NCBI GenBank assembly: GCA_016179945.1
Contig: JACPCE010000004.1
Span: forward strand, 1 to 61,498
Origin: Candidatus Woesearchaeota archaeon
GTDB taxonomy: Archaea; Nanobdellota; Nanobdellia; SCGC-AAA011-G17; GW2011-AR18
Direction of reading: 5' to 3'
Length of the DNA: 61,498 bases
The position numbers and the translations under genes are program-made. This document shows, in pieces, positions 8,951 through 19,757 of the stretch. The notes under the pieces were generated by a model that made no database searches, was not told the DNA's origin, and was given only the letters and a program-made list of their open reading frames with translations. The first letter of the stretch is position 1. Each line of letters starts with the position of its first letter.

Positions 8951-10762
8951 ATGAAATATTCAAAATTTTTAGTTGTGGTTTTAGCGATATTATTGTTATT
9001 TTCTTTTACTGTATCAGCAGCACAAGTTTCAATTACTCCGGGAAATCCAAATGACAATGATAATTTAACATGTAATATAGACGGAGTAGCACCTAATGAT
9101 TTAGCTAGATATAGTTTTCAATGGCATGTTAATGGTGCGCAAGATAAAACAATAGGAAATACTTGGGTTTATCCTTTTTCAAAAACAAAGACAAATGATT
9201 TTATAACTTGTGTTGTATTCGCACCTGGTGGATTTTTTGTAGGACTAGATAGTAAAACAATAGCAGCTATTCAGCAGCCAAAACAAAACAACCCACCAAG
9301 CGTAAATATTATTTCTCCAGCTAGCGGATCTAATTTCTTTAAAGGAAATAATATTAATTTTAATGCTTTAGCTAGTGATCTTGACAATGATCCTTTATTT
9401 TTTACGTGGGATTTTGGAGATGGTTTTATTTCACAAGGCATACTGAATCCTAATCATATTTATAATTTAGCTGGAAATTATTTAGTTAAATTAACTGTTA
9501 GTGATGGTAAGGTTGATGTTTCTGATAGCATAATTTTAAACATTGTAGATCCAATGGGCGGTCAAAAGAAAAATCCTTCTGCTGTTATTGATGCACAAGC
9601 AAATGCAAAGGTTGGTGATTTTGTATTATTTAGAGGAGATAGAAGTTTTGATCCTGATGGAAACATTGTAAATTATGAGTGGGATTTTGGAGATGGAATC
9701 AAAGCAAATGGACCTGTAGTTCAACATCAATATAATTTAGCTGGAAATTATGCTGTAAGTTTGACTGTTACTGATAATGATGGTTTGAAAAATGCAGTTG
9801 TGGTGTTTGTAAATGTTGTAAATCAAAATGTTTTAAATCAGGTACCTGTTGCTGTTATTGAATTAAGCGCTGCAAATTTAATTGCTGGTGAGCCTTTTGA
9901 TGCTAAAGGAATAAAAAGTTTTGATCCTGATGGAAACATTGTAAATTATGAGTGGGATTTTGGAGATGGGAGAACACACAATGGTGTAAATGCAAGATTA
10001 ATTTATCCAAATCCAGGAAATTATAAAATAACATTGACGGTTACTGATGACAAAGGTGCAAAAGGAACAACAAGCACAAATGTTGTAGTAAATCAAAATG
10101 TTTTAAATCAGGCACCTGTTGCTGTTATTGATGCAAGCAGTATTGAAGCGTTCTTAGGTTTTCCAATTAGATTAAGTGGTTCTAGAAGTTTTGATCCTGA
10201 TGGAAACATTGTAAATTACGAATGGAATTTTGATGATGGAACTATTGCTGACGGTGAATTTATTGAACACACATTTTTTAATCCTGGAATTTACAATGTT
10301 GTATTGACTGTTACTGATGACAAAGGTGCTACTGGCAGCAAAGTCTTATCTATAAATGCTGGCAATGTAAATAGAGGGCCTGATTTTGACAAGCTTAGAG
10401 TAGATCATAAGAAAAATAATGATTTAGATGATAACTATAGAGATACTAGAATAGCAAGATTAATGCCTTTAAATTTTAAGAATTTTTACAATAAAGGTGA
10501 AAACTTTGCACTTTTAGCTAAACTAGTAAATGAAGGAACAGCTAATGATGTTGTTGATGTAAAAGTAAGTGTTCCTGAATTTAATTATGTGCGTGTTGTG
10601 AAAAATGTTCATATTGAAGCAAATGAAGTAAAATGGGTAATGCTTAATGTTGAAATCCCGGTTTCTGCAGCTTCTGGTGTGTATGTTGTAAAGGTTGAAT
10701 TATTAGCAAATAAAGGGTTTATTGAAAATAATAAAGCGTTTTGGGATTTTGTAGTTGCTTAA
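8951..10762 (+). CDS. Secreted surface protein with four PKD domains
   Basis: Signal peptide MKYSKFLVVVL...VSA (start reassigned from 8885; TATA at 8920); repeated SFDPDG..YEWDFGDG...Y..LTVTDD. Confidence 0.9.
   Translation: MKYSKFLVVVLAILLLFSFTVSAAQVSITPGNPNDNDNLTCNIDGVAPNDLARYSFQWHVNGAQDKTIGNTWVYPFSKTKTNDFITCVVFAPGGFFVGLDSKTIAAIQQPKQNNPPSVNIISPASGSNFFKGNNINFNALASDLDNDPLFFTWDFGDGFISQGILNPNHIYNLAGNYLVKLTVSDGKVDVSDSIILNIVDPMGGQKKNPSAVIDAQANAKVGDFVLFRGDRSFDPDGNIVNYEWDFGDGIKANGPVVQHQYNLAGNYAVSLTVTDNDGLKNAVVVFVNVVNQNVLNQVPVAVIELSAANLIAGEPFDAKGIKSFDPDGNIVNYEWDFGDGRTHNGVNARLIYPNPGNYKITLTVTDDKGAKGTTSTNVVVNQNVLNQAPVAVIDASSIEAFLGFPIRLSGSRSFDPDGNIVNYEWNFDDGTIADGEFIEHTFFNPGIYNVVLTVTDDKGATGSKVLSINAGNVNRGPDFDKLRVDHKKNNDLDDNYRDTRIARLMPLNFKNFYNKGENFALLAKLVNEGTANDVVDVKVSVPEFNYVRVVKNVHIEANEVKWVMLNVEIPVSAASGVYVVKVELLANKGFIENNKAFWDFVVA
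9643..10239 (+). repeat. Near-identical 54-bp internal repeats in the PKD modules (9643-9696, 9916-9969, 10186-10239)
   Basis: Copies 1 and 2 identical, copy 3 near-identical; ~270-bp period. A second block GTAAATCAAAATGTTTTAAATCAGG occurs at 9818 and 10088. Confidence 0.9.
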
Positions 10763-10851
10763 ATTTCGTTACTACCAAAAGATTTATAAATAAGTAGCAA
10801 CTACACAATGACAACACTTTTGAGTAGTGTTTTTGAAGGAGGAAAATTAAG

Positions 10852-12189
10852 ATGAAAAATTTCAGATTATTTGCATTGGTTATGTTGACTTTAGTTTTAT
10901 TTACAACTAGTGCAGTTACAAGTGTGTTTGCAATAAGCAGTGGATTTGTAAATTTCAATGATCCATTTGTTACAATAAACAGAATTGAAGTTAATGATCA
11001 AGTTGCTGATGAATTCTCACCAATTTATTTAGAAAGAGAGCAAGATGTTATAGTTGAAGTTTATTTTACAGGGAATCCATATGGAAAATGCAGATCAGGA
11101 AATAATAATAAATGCTATGATGTAAAGGTTGATGCTGAAATAAACGGCTATGAATACGGTGATATAAGGGATGTAGAAGGTCCTTTTGAAGTTGAACCTG
11201 GAGTTCAGTATAGAAAGGTTTTGAGATTTAAATTACCAGAAGACATGCCTGCAAGCGATGATTTAACTCTTAATGTTGATATTAAAGATGATGATGATTT
11301 AGTTATTATAAGATATCCTGTTAGAATACAGGAAATAAGACATAGATTGAATATTTTTGATGCAATATTTAATCCTACAAACAATGTACAGGCAGGACAG
11401 CCTTTGTTTGCTAATATAAGACTAGAAAACTTAGGAGATAATACTGAAAGCAGTGTTAAGGTTACTGTTGCTATTCCTGCTTTAGGATTACAAACTAGCG
11501 AATATGTTGACAGATTATCAACATTAGAATCTGATGATAGAGATGATGATGAAGATGTAAATGATGCTGCAACATCAAATGATTTAATGCTAATGATACC
11601 TCAAACTGTAAATGAGGGAGATTACAATGTACTTGTAACATTAGAATATAATAGAGGAAGAACATTAGAACAGAAAACTTACAAGATGCATATAAAAGGT
11701 GCACAACCTGTTATTCAAATTAAAGATTTGAAAGCTACTACAACAGTAAGTGTAGATTCACAAGCACAAGTTGTAGAGAAAGGAAATGGCGCAGTTTTCA
11801 AGTTTAGTGTAGGAAATCTTGGCCAGCAAGCAACATCTTATACATTTGAATTAGTTGGTGTATCTGACTGGGCAAACACAAGAGTTGAACCTCTTAATTT
11901 AGTAGTTCAACCTAACAGTGTATCTGATGCATATGTTTATGTTGCTCCTAAAGAAAATGTTAAGGGAATAAAAACATTTACTGTAAAAGTAATGTCTGGA
12001 ACTAGCTTAGTAGCAGAAAAGAACTTAAGCCTAGAAGTTAAAGAGGCTAAGGGAGCAGACTTAAAAACAGTATTTACTTGGATATTCATTGTATTGCTAG
12101 TTATATTGGCAATATTAGTAGTGGTTGTCTTGGCTAAGAAACTTGCTTCAAAAGAAGAGAAAGGAATTGAAGGACAAACTTACTACTAA
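10852..12189 (+). CDS. Secreted Ig-like (CARDB/NEW3-like) surface protein with C-terminal TM anchor
   Basis: Signal peptide, beta-rich modules (LENLGD, VGNLG), C-terminal TM plus basic tail ending QTYY; GGAGG SD upstream. Confidence 0.75.
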   Translation: MKNFRLFALVMLTLVLFTTSAVTSVFAISSGFVNFNDPFVTINRIEVNDQVADEFSPIYLEREQDVIVEVYFTGNPYGKCRSGNNNKCYDVKVDAEINGYEYGDIRDVEGPFEVEPGVQYRKVLRFKLPEDMPASDDLTLNVDIKDDDDLVIIRYPVRIQEIRHRLNIFDAIFNPTNNVQAGQPLFANIRLENLGDNTESSVKVTVAIPALGLQTSEYVDRLSTLESDDRDDDEDVNDAATSNDLMLMIPQTVNEGDYNVLVTLEYNRGRTLEQKTYKMHIKGAQPVIQIKDLKATTTVSVDSQAQVVEKGNGAVFKFSVGNLGQQATSYTFELVGVSDWANTRVEPLNLVVQPNSVSDAYVYVAPKENVKGIKTFTVKVMSGTSLVAEKNLSLEVKEAKGADLKTVFTWIFIVLLVILAILVVVVLAKKLASKEEKGIEGQTYY

Positions 12190-12198
12190 AATTAGTAG

Positions 12199-14223
12199 GT
12201 GAATTTAATGCAAAAAGAAAGGTTTTTTTTAGTTTTATTTATTAGTCTTCTTTTAATAATTTCTATAGTTAATGCTGTTGAAATTAATCCTTTAAGCTTA
12301 AGCGGAAGTTTATGTCCTAGAGAAACTGGATTATTTACGCATGTTGTCAAAAACAATAACAATGTTGTAAAAGATTATAGTTTGAACATTAAAGGAAGTG
12401 CTTCTGCATGGGCAACTGTTGTTCCAAGCGGATTTATTTTAGGGCCTGGAGAACAAAAGAATATTTTTACTTATATTACCCCATCACAATCAACAGAACC
12501 TGGAAATTATGACTTACAGATTGAGGCAAGCTCTCCAGGTGACAGCAAAAGTATATCTCATACTGTAACTGTCAAAAATTGTTATAGTGCAAATTTAGGT
12601 GTTAGTTCAAATTCTAAATCATCTTGTCCAAGCGATGCTATACAATATACAGTTAATTTGAAAAACAATGGTGAATATGCTGAAACATTTAGTTTAAGTG
12701 TTACTGGCAATTTAGCTTCAAGAACAAGTTTAAGTGATAACCTTGTAATTCTTGGCAAGGGAGAAACTAAAAATATTATAGTATTTGTCAACTCTCCTGC
12801 TGATTCAGGAAGCTACAGCCTTACATTAATAGCTGAATCTGAAAGCGGAAGAGTAAGAGAATCTGTGCCTTTATTATTGAATGTCAATCCTTGTTATGAT
12901 TTTAATTTAGCAATCAATGGAAATAATACTTACAATGTGTGCGATAGGAGCTATGTTGTTATTCCTTTAAATTTAAAAAATATTGGAACTACTGTTAATA
13001 GCTATAAAATTAATGTTGACGGACCTGTATGGGCAAAGGTAGAAAAAACAGATATTGTTTTAAAAGACAAGGAAGCTAAAACTTTTAATTTAATGTTTGC
13101 TCCAGATTATGGATCAGCAGGAGAATATGGTATTAGATTAACTGTGACTCCAGAAAGGGGAAGCATGAAATCTATAAGTGATTTTAGTGTAACTGTTAGA
13201 AAATGTCATTCTGTTGATGTTGAATTTTTAACTAAAAAATCTGATTCATGTAAGGGAACAATTGAAAGTTATGATGCTGTGATTAATAACAATGGTGAAG
13301 TAAGAAAGAGCTATAGAATAGAACTTGACGGCCCTCCATGGGCAAGTATTGATGATAAATATAAATTATTAATATTAGGCCCTAAGGAACAGAAGAAAGT
13401 AACTATAAGGGCAGCTCCGACAAGCGCTGTTAAGGAACAAAATTATGCTGTGAAACTAAAAGCAGTGGCAACTGATGAAAGCAGTGCTTCTGCTAAAGAT
13501 GTTGATGAATTAATATTAAATTTGAAAGATGCAAATGAATGCTATAAACCTGCAATAGAATCAAAATATATGGATGTAGTAGTTTATTATGATTCAAGTG
13601 TTGCATTTCCTATAGAAGTAAGAAATGATGGTGTTAGAAGGGCTGACTTTAGTTTATTTTTAAGCGGAAATGCTGCAAAATTTTCTACATTAAATCCTAG
13701 TGCAATTAGTTTAGATCCTGGAAAGAGCGATATTGTTTATTTGTATATTGCTCCTGATATAAATGTTAAGCTTGGAAGTTATGATGCAAATATTGCTTTG
13801 AATATAAAGGACGGTCCTTTACTAACAAATAAGAAATTTAACATTGAAATAACTAATGTAAAGGAAAGAGCTACAAATTTACAGTCAAATACTGAAGTTG
13901 TTAAAACACCTGTTACAAATGAAGTTTCATACTGGCAAAGATTAAAATCTTGGTTTGGCAGGAATTTTATTGGAAGTGAAGAAGAAAGAATATCTTTTTC
14001 AAATGTTACACCAATAATAAATGTTACAAATACAAATACTCCAAAATTTATTAAATATAAATATTATATTTTAGGAGTTCTTATAACTATACTTGTAATA
14101 ATACTTTTAATAATTATATTCTCTGGAAGAAAAGAAAGTATAAATAAGAAAAACAAAAAGAAATCTAAAAAAACTGATTACGAAGCCGAAGACATAAAAG
14201 GAAAAGTAGAAGAAGATAATTAA
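12199..14223 (+). CDS. Large Ig-like repeat surface/S-layer-associated protein with C-terminal TM
   Basis: Signal peptide; five ~100-aa modules with NxG motifs and linker Cys pairs; C-terminal TM plus Lys-rich tail. Confidence 0.75.
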   Translation: MNLMQKERFFLVLFISLLLIISIVNAVEINPLSLSGSLCPRETGLFTHVVKNNNNVVKDYSLNIKGSASAWATVVPSGFILGPGEQKNIFTYITPSQSTEPGNYDLQIEASSPGDSKSISHTVTVKNCYSANLGVSSNSKSSCPSDAIQYTVNLKNNGEYAETFSLSVTGNLASRTSLSDNLVILGKGETKNIIVFVNSPADSGSYSLTLIAESESGRVRESVPLLLNVNPCYDFNLAINGNNTYNVCDRSYVVIPLNLKNIGTTVNSYKINVDGPVWAKVEKTDIVLKDKEAKTFNLMFAPDYGSAGEYGIRLTVTPERGSMKSISDFSVTVRKCHSVDVEFLTKKSDSCKGTIESYDAVINNNGEVRKSYRIELDGPPWASIDDKYKLLILGPKEQKKVTIRAAPTSAVKEQNYAVKLKAVATDESSASAKDVDELILNLKDANECYKPAIESKYMDVVVYYDSSVAFPIEVRNDGVRRADFSLFLSGNAAKFSTLNPSAISLDPGKSDIVYLYIAPDINVKLGSYDANIALNIKDGPLLTNKKFNIEITNVKERATNLQSNTEVVKTPVTNEVSYWQRLKSWFGRNFIGSEEERISFSNVTPIINVTNTNTPKFIKYKYYILGVLITILVIILLIIIFSGRKESINKKNKKKSKKTDYEAEDIKGKVEEDN

Positions 14224-17200
14224 ACTTTTAAACTAACAATTTTACTTACATTATCCTGCATTGATACGCCGTAAATATAATTTGCTTCTGAAATAATATT
14301 ATCATTATGACTTATTACTATATATTGGGCTTTATCTGCATACTTTTGTATTAATTTTGATAATAATTCTGAATTCCTCTTGTCTAAAGCAGCATCAACC
14401 TCATCTAGTAAATAAAATGGAGAAGGATCATATTCTTGTATTGCAAAAATAAATGCTAATGCTGCCATTGTTTTTTCCCCGCCAGACAAGCTTCTTATAT
14501 CTAATAATTTATTTCCTGTTATCCTTACTTGTATATCCACTCCTGCTTCAAATGGATTTTCCTGATTTTCTAATTCTATGTGGGCTTCACCTTTTGTTGT
14601 TAACTGATTAAATATATCTTTGAAATTTTTCACTATAATATTGTATGTTTTCATGAATATATCTTTCTTTTTACTTTCTATCTCTGACATCATTTTTAGA
14701 ACGTCTTCCTTTTCAAGTTTTAACTTTTTAACTTTATCAATAACCTTTTCATATTCTTCTTGTATTTGCTCGTAAACTTCCAATGCTCTTAGATTTACAT
14801 TACCTATACTGTTTAGTTCTTTTTCATCTTCACGTATTTTAAGCTTTAATTCTTCTATTGACAATCCTCTTTTTATTTTTGCTTCTTTAAATGGCTCAAA
14901 TTCCTTTTGTAATGCTTCTAACTCTGCCACTGCTTTTGCCCTATCTATATTTACATTATTTAATCTCTGGTCATTGCCTTTTAGCTTTTCACTTTCCCTA
15001 GCAATATCTGTTTCTAGTGACTGAATTTTTTCTAATAATTTATTTCTTTTGTTAATAAGATCTTTAAAATTAGAATAAAATTTCTTTTCTTCCTGCTCTT
15101 TTGTTTTAAGCTCTTGTTCTCTTTTCTTTGTCAAATCTTTCACATTATTTAATTCTTTTATGAAATCATCATATTCTCTGTCTTGCTGCTTGATTATTTT
15201 CTCTGTTTTTTCTCTTTCTGGTGCAAGCATCGACTCTATCTGTGTATCTATATTTTTTATATTTCCAATAATCTCAAGTATTTTTTCTTTGATCTTAAGC
15301 TTGTTATCTTCTAGTTTTTCTAGATTATTTGAAAGATTTGGATCTGCAATTTTTTCTTTTAACTTTTGTTTTTTAACTTTTGAATTTTCAAGCTCTTTTG
15401 AAAATTGCTTTATTTTTGATTCTGTTTCAGATAATTCCTTATCTAATTTTTTTTGCTCATCAAGAAGATCTTTTTTATTTTCTATCAAATTGCTTGTATC
15501 TGTATCTATATTTAGTGATTTTTCCAGTTTTATTACATCTGCTTCTAAATTTGCTCTTTTCTCCCTTAACTTTCTTATTATATCTTCATTACTTAATTTT
15601 TTATTTTCAATATGATTAATTAGTGTTTTTTTCTTGTTAATTTCTTCTTCTAGATTTTCTACATTTTCATTTAACTCCTTTTCTTTAAATCCAAGGCCTG
15701 TTTTTTGCATACGGTAACCACCAATCATTGCACCTGATGGTTCTAATAAATCTCCTTCTGTAGTTACCATCCTAGCTCTTCCTATACCAATTCTTCTGCC
15801 TGTTTCTATATTGTCTATAACTAAAGTTGAACCAAGAGTGTATGAAAATACATCTTTGTATTTTTGATCATATTTTACTAGGTCAACAGCAAGTCCATGA
15901 ACTCCTTTCTGATTTAATATTTCTTTTATTCCTTGCTCCACAATCCTTGATTTAATTTTATTCAAAGGTAAAAATGTAGCTACGCCTAACCTATTTATTT
16001 TAAGATGTTCTATACATTTTTGTGCTGTTATTTCTGAATCAACAACAATACTGCTTAATCTTGAACCTGCTGCAACTTCCAGAGCTAATGCATATTTTGT
16101 TTCTATCTCGCCTAGGCTTGCTACTGTGCCATTTATTCCTTTTATTGTGCTTTTAAGCTCAAGGATTTTTCTTACAGCTGAATCATTCAAATTTCTTTCT
16201 TGTATACCTATCTGTCTAGATCTCTGCTTTGCAAGTTCTTCTGTACTATTAGAAAATTCCTGCCTTAATTTGTTTAATTGTAATGAATATGAAGAATCTT
16301 CGTTTACTGCTTTAGATAAATTTTCATTTATTTCTTTTAATTCTTTCTTGTTTCTCTTTAGGTCTTCTAATTCTTTTCCACTTCCCTTTAATGCATTTAA
16401 TCTTTCCTCTATTGAATTTAATTTGAATTGAATCTGATCCTTGGTTCTTATTACGTTCTGCTTTTCTTCATTTATTTTATTTAATTTACTAAGCAAGTTA
16501 TCAATATTTTCATCTATTTCTTCCAATGATTTATTTATGTCTGTATCTACACCATGTTTTTCTTTAAATAATTCCAACTGCTTTTGTAATTCTTTTTCTT
16601 CATTATTTATATCTTTGAGATTTTTTTCTTGTTCTTGTTTTTTTAATTTTAATTCTTTTATTTTGTCTTCAACTTCTTTTATATTATTATTTAATTGTTC
16701 TTTTCTTGATTTTATCTTTACTATTTCACTTTGACATACTTCTAATCTTGAATTTGCCTTTACTATTTCTGTTTTTAACTCTTCAATTTCTTTTCTTATT
16801 ATTAACTGGTCTTTTTCACCTTTAACTTCCACTTCATTATTTATGGTATTTATCTGTTCTTTGTTGTTTTGAATTAATTGTCTTACCGAGTCTATTTCCT
16901 TATTTATTTTCTCTGTTTTTTCTTCTGCTTCTTTTTTTCTCTTTTCTATTTCATTTAGTTTTTCTTCTTTTTCTTTTATCTGTAAGTGTACTAATGTCGC
17001 TTTATGATCCTTAACTGACTCCTGCAAATCCTTATATTTAATTGCCTGATCTCTTTCTTTTTTTAATTCTCTTAAATTTACTTCTCTTTCAGTCAAAATA
17101 ATTTCAGCCTCATTTAATTTAACATCAACTTTTTCCAGTTCGCTTAAACATTTATTCTTTTTATCTTCATACATAGAAATTCCTGAAATCTCCTCTATTA

Positions 17201-17681
17201 CCTGACGTCTTTCTATTGGCTTCATTTCTGCAAGTGAAACTATATCGCCTTGAAGAACTATGTTGTGACCATCTGGATCTAACTTTGCAGAATTTAAAAG
17301 TTCTAGAATTTGTTGCCTTGTTCTTGTTTCTTCATTTATTTTGTAAATACTTGTTCCATTTTGCTTAACTACTCTAGTTATTCTTACTTCTTTTTTGTTT
17401 ATTGGAAATTTTCCTGTAGAATTATCAAATTCTATTGTTACTTCAGCTTCTTTTGCAGGAGAACCTTTTTTTCCACCATTAAAAATTAAATTGGCTGATT
17501 TTTCTGCACGCATTTCATGCGCTGAAGATTTACCAAGAACAAAACATACTGCATCGCTAAGATTGGTTTTTCCAGAGCCATTTGCTCCTATTATACAATT
17601 AAAACCATTTCCAAAAACTAATTCTGTTCTGTTGGAAAATGACTTAAAACCCCTAGCAATTAACCTTTTAATAACCACCAT
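14220..17681 (-). CDS. smc: Chromosome segregation protein SMC
   Basis: GFKSF, Walker A GANGSGKTN, hinge, coiled coils, LSGGE, LLDEVDAALD. Confidence 0.97.
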   Translation of the reverse strand: MVVIKRLIARGFKSFSNRTELVFGNGFNCIIGANGSGKTNLSDAVCFVLGKSSAHEMRAEKSANLIFNGGKKGSPAKEAEVTIEFDNSTGKFPINKKEVRITRVVKQNGTSIYKINEETRTRQQILELLNSAKLDPDGHNIVLQGDIVSLAEMKPIERRQVIEEISGISMYEDKKNKCLSELEKVDVKLNEAEIILTEREVNLRELKKERDQAIKYKDLQESVKDHKATLVHLQIKEKEEKLNEIEKRKKEAEEKTEKINKEIDSVRQLIQNNKEQINTINNEVEVKGEKDQLIIRKEIEELKTEIVKANSRLEVCQSEIVKIKSRKEQLNNNIKEVEDKIKELKLKKQEQEKNLKDINNEEKELQKQLELFKEKHGVDTDINKSLEEIDENIDNLLSKLNKINEEKQNVIRTKDQIQFKLNSIEERLNALKGSGKELEDLKRNKKELKEINENLSKAVNEDSSYSLQLNKLRQEFSNSTEELAKQRSRQIGIQERNLNDSAVRKILELKSTIKGINGTVASLGEIETKYALALEVAAGSRLSSIVVDSEITAQKCIEHLKINRLGVATFLPLNKIKSRIVEQGIKEILNQKGVHGLAVDLVKYDQKYKDVFSYTLGSTLVIDNIETGRRIGIGRARMVTTEGDLLEPSGAMIGGYRMQKTGLGFKEKELNENVENLEEEINKKKTLINHIENKKLSNEDIIRKLREKRANLEADVIKLEKSLNIDTDTSNLIENKKDLLDEQKKLDKELSETESKIKQFSKELENSKVKKQKLKEKIADPNLSNNLEKLEDNKLKIKEKILEIIGNIKNIDTQIESMLAPEREKTEKIIKQQDREYDDFIKELNNVKDLTKKREQELKTKEQEEKKFYSNFKDLINKRNKLLEKIQSLETDIARESEKLKGNDQRLNNVNIDRAKAVAELEALQKEFEPFKEAKIKRGLSIEELKLKIREDEKELNSIGNVNLRALEVYEQIQEEYEKVIDKVKKLKLEKEDVLKMMSEIESKKKDIFMKTYNIIVKNFKDIFNQLTTKGEAHIELENQENPFEAGVDIQVRITGNKLLDIRSLSGGEKTMAALAFIFAIQEYDPSPFYLLDEVDAALDKRNSELLSKLIQKYADKAQYIVISHNDNIISEANYIYGVSMQDNVSKIVSLKV

Positions 17682-17996
17682 CTTTAATGGAAATTAACTG
17701 CAGTGTATTTATAAAGTTTTTGCAAAATTTTCTGCAATTTATAAATAAAGAGAATTTTTATACACCTTATTACTGTATTTTAAAAGTGATTTTCAAGCCT
17801 ATAAAGCAGTATTATTAATATTATTGATTTTTGTTACCATTTTATAGTAGATACTAACCAAAAGCTTTATATATTAGTGAATATACTATAATTATATCAC
17901 CTCTTTTTCCCAGGGAGAAGATTCTTCGGAGTCTTATCCTTGGGTTTTATTAAAAAATTATTTTCTATTACTCAAAGAAATTTTAGATTGAATAAA

Positions 17997-18422
17997 ATGG
18001 CAAGACGAATTTCTAAATTTGTTCAAGTATCAAATCTTGTTGCTCGGGGAAAAACCGAGAGAGAAATAGTTGATGCAACAGATATAAAATTAGGAACTGT
18101 CAAAGTATATTATCACGCTGCAATACAGGGATATACTTCTGTTGTCGGATATCTTTCTTATTTGGCGGGCAAAAGACAGAAAAAACCAAACTATAAATTT
18201 TTAAGTGAACTTATAAGGTACAAATTAAAAGAATTGGGAGAAAGGCAAAATTATCTTGTGAAATCAACAGGAATCGCTCGTCCTTATGTTCACTTCTATT
18301 TTTATGGTAAGAATATGCCTTGTAAACATAGGATTGAGAAGATTTTTCAAGCTTTAGAAGTTCATAATTCTTTAGAAGATTTAGTTGATAAAGAACAGTT
18401 ATATTTTTCTTTTAATAATTAA
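17997..18422 (+). CDS. HTH / XRE-like DNA-binding protein
   Basis: N-terminal HTH-like EREIVDATDIKLGTVKVY; C-terminal XRE-like QNYLVKSTGIAR...GKNMP...IFQALEV..LEDL; ATG start chosen over TTG at 17940. Confidence 0.6.
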   Translation: MARRISKFVQVSNLVARGKTEREIVDATDIKLGTVKVYYHAAIQGYTSVVGYLSYLAGKRQKKPNYKFLSELIRYKLKELGERQNYLVKSTGIARPYVHFYFYGKNMPCKHRIEKIFQALEVHNSLEDLVDKEQLYFSFNN

Positions 18423-18423
18423 T

Positions 18424-18606
18424 TTACTTCTTCAAGAATTCAGTGTATTTACAAGAACCACAATATAGTCTATCTTTATGAACACCTAAGAACATTCCAG
18501 GCCCACATTTAGGGCAAGTTTTAGCTTTTTCTAATTTATTTCCAGATAATTTATATTTTGTCCAACGCTGACTTGGTTTTTTATTTTTAGCTTTTTTCTT
18601 TACCAT
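18424..18606 (-). CDS. rps27ae: 30S ribosomal protein S27ae (eS31)
   Basis: CPKCGPG.FL..HKDR.YCG.C. Confidence 0.96.
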   Translation of the reverse strand: MVKKKAKNKKPSQRWTKYKLSGNKLEKAKTCPKCGPGMFLGVHKDRLYCGSCKYTEFLKK

Positions 18607-18615
18607 ATTAACACC

Positions 18616-18903
18616 TTATTTAGCTGCCTTAGGCTCTGATTTTTTTCCTTTAGGAGTTTCAAGAAATTTTAATGTTCTCTCATCTTCATAAATATGCGCA
18701 ATAATTTTTGCTTTTTGAATTCCAAATTTTGTGTAAATATGTCTTACAGAAACCAATTCAGGCTTAGTATTATATTTTTTAGCTATTTCTTCTTTGATTG
18801 TTGCTTTTGTTGGTGTAGGAGCATTTGGATGCTCTAATTCAAATTTTATTCTTTTTCTTGCCAACAAAGGCATTTCTAATTCTTTTAAATTTTCAACTTT
18901 CAT
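18616..18903 (-). CDS. rps24e: 30S ribosomal protein S24e
   Basis: PLLARK...HPNAPTP...TKFG...AHIY; conserved gene order. Confidence 0.93.
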   Translation of the reverse strand: MKVENLKELEMPLLARKRIKFELEHPNAPTPTKATIKEEIAKKYNTKPELVSVRHIYTKFGIQKAKIIAHIYEDERTLKFLETPKGKKSEPKAAK

Positions 18904-19088
18904 CTTGTTTTTATTGCATATTCTCCCTTAACATTTATATTCATCTTCTTAGCAATTTCAGATTTACTTGAATCAAATATAATTATACGCCCCTTCCATG
19001 ATGTTGTTAGATCTGTAGACTTACATAATGGACATTCATTTCCCTTTACAAATGCCTTACAAGATTTGCATGCTTTTTTCTTTACCAT
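18900..19088 (-). CDS. spt4: Transcription elongation factor Spt4 (RpoE'')
   Basis: KACKSC...CPLC...WKG...SEIAKKMNI...GEYA. Confidence 0.95.
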   Translation of the reverse strand: MVKKKACKSCKAFVKGNECPLCKSTDLTTSWKGRIIIFDSSKSEIAKKMNINVKGEYAIKTR

Positions 19089-19129
19089 TTAAAAACTTCT
19101 CCTGAATAATTTGTACATAATTTTCATTA

Positions 19130-19690
19130 TTATTTTTCTTTACCTTTCTTGCTTTTCTTTAAATCTTCTTCAATCCATTTGATATTTCCCAAAGCAGGCT
19201 GTCTCATTGTAAGACCTACTTTTGGATTTGTCAAATCTTTATAACTTACTGCAATGACTCTTGCCCGGCATTTATCACCTACTTTAAGAGATTTTTTGCT
19301 CTCTTTTCCTGTCAAAACTTTTGATTTGCTAAAACTTATAAAATCATCCATTGTTTGTGAGACGTGAATCATTCCATCTACAGTTCCGATATTTATGAAA
19401 GCACCAAAGTTTGTTATATCTGTTATTTTTCCAAGACAAACTTCTTGTAATTCTGGTAAAAATGTTAGCATTTTAAATTCTGTCTCATAATATGGTGCTC
19501 CATCTCCAGGTATAATTATTCCTTCGCCTATATTTAGGATTTCTGTGACATATATAACGAATCCAACATTATTGCTTATGTGACCTTCAAAAGTCTCATT
19601 AAGTCTTTGTAAAATTGCTTCTTTTGTGTTTTGCTTTAGCAATACGGGTGGAACCCTAACATGACTTTTAGCTTTTATCTCGTAGAACAT
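19130..19690 (-). CDS. rpo7: RNA polymerase subunit Rpo7 (RpoE')
   Basis: IIPGDGAPYY, FGAFINIG..DGMIHVSQ, GLTMRQP.LG. Confidence 0.96.
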   Translation of the reverse strand: MFYEIKAKSHVRVPPVLLKQNTKEAILQRLNETFEGHISNNVGFVIYVTEILNIGEGIIIPGDGAPYYETEFKMLTFLPELQEVCLGKITDITNFGAFINIGTVDGMIHVSQTMDDFISFSKSKVLTGKESKKSLKVGDKCRARVIAVSYKDLTNPKVGLTMRQPALGNIKWIEEDLKKSKKGKEK

Positions 19691-19757
19691 TTTTAATTGG
19701 TATTTAGACTTGCTTTTTAAAGATTTTGGTTTAATAATGATCCCTAAAAATACTTTG

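Noticed and set aside
9643-10239. CRISPR-like direct repeats
   Set aside because: In-frame PKD domain repeats with a ~270-bp period; no cas genes
15160-17697. Plus-strand ORFs inside smc, and similar antisense ORFs in gyrA/B, elp3, nth and the ABC and HAD genes
   Set aside because: Antisense shadows of Lys/Glu-rich coding strands; Phe/Ser/Leu-rich with no motifs
18367-18390. SLEDLV at the end of the HTH protein as an LExx[VIL] signal
   Set aside because: Explained by the normal final helix of XRE domains, so not counted
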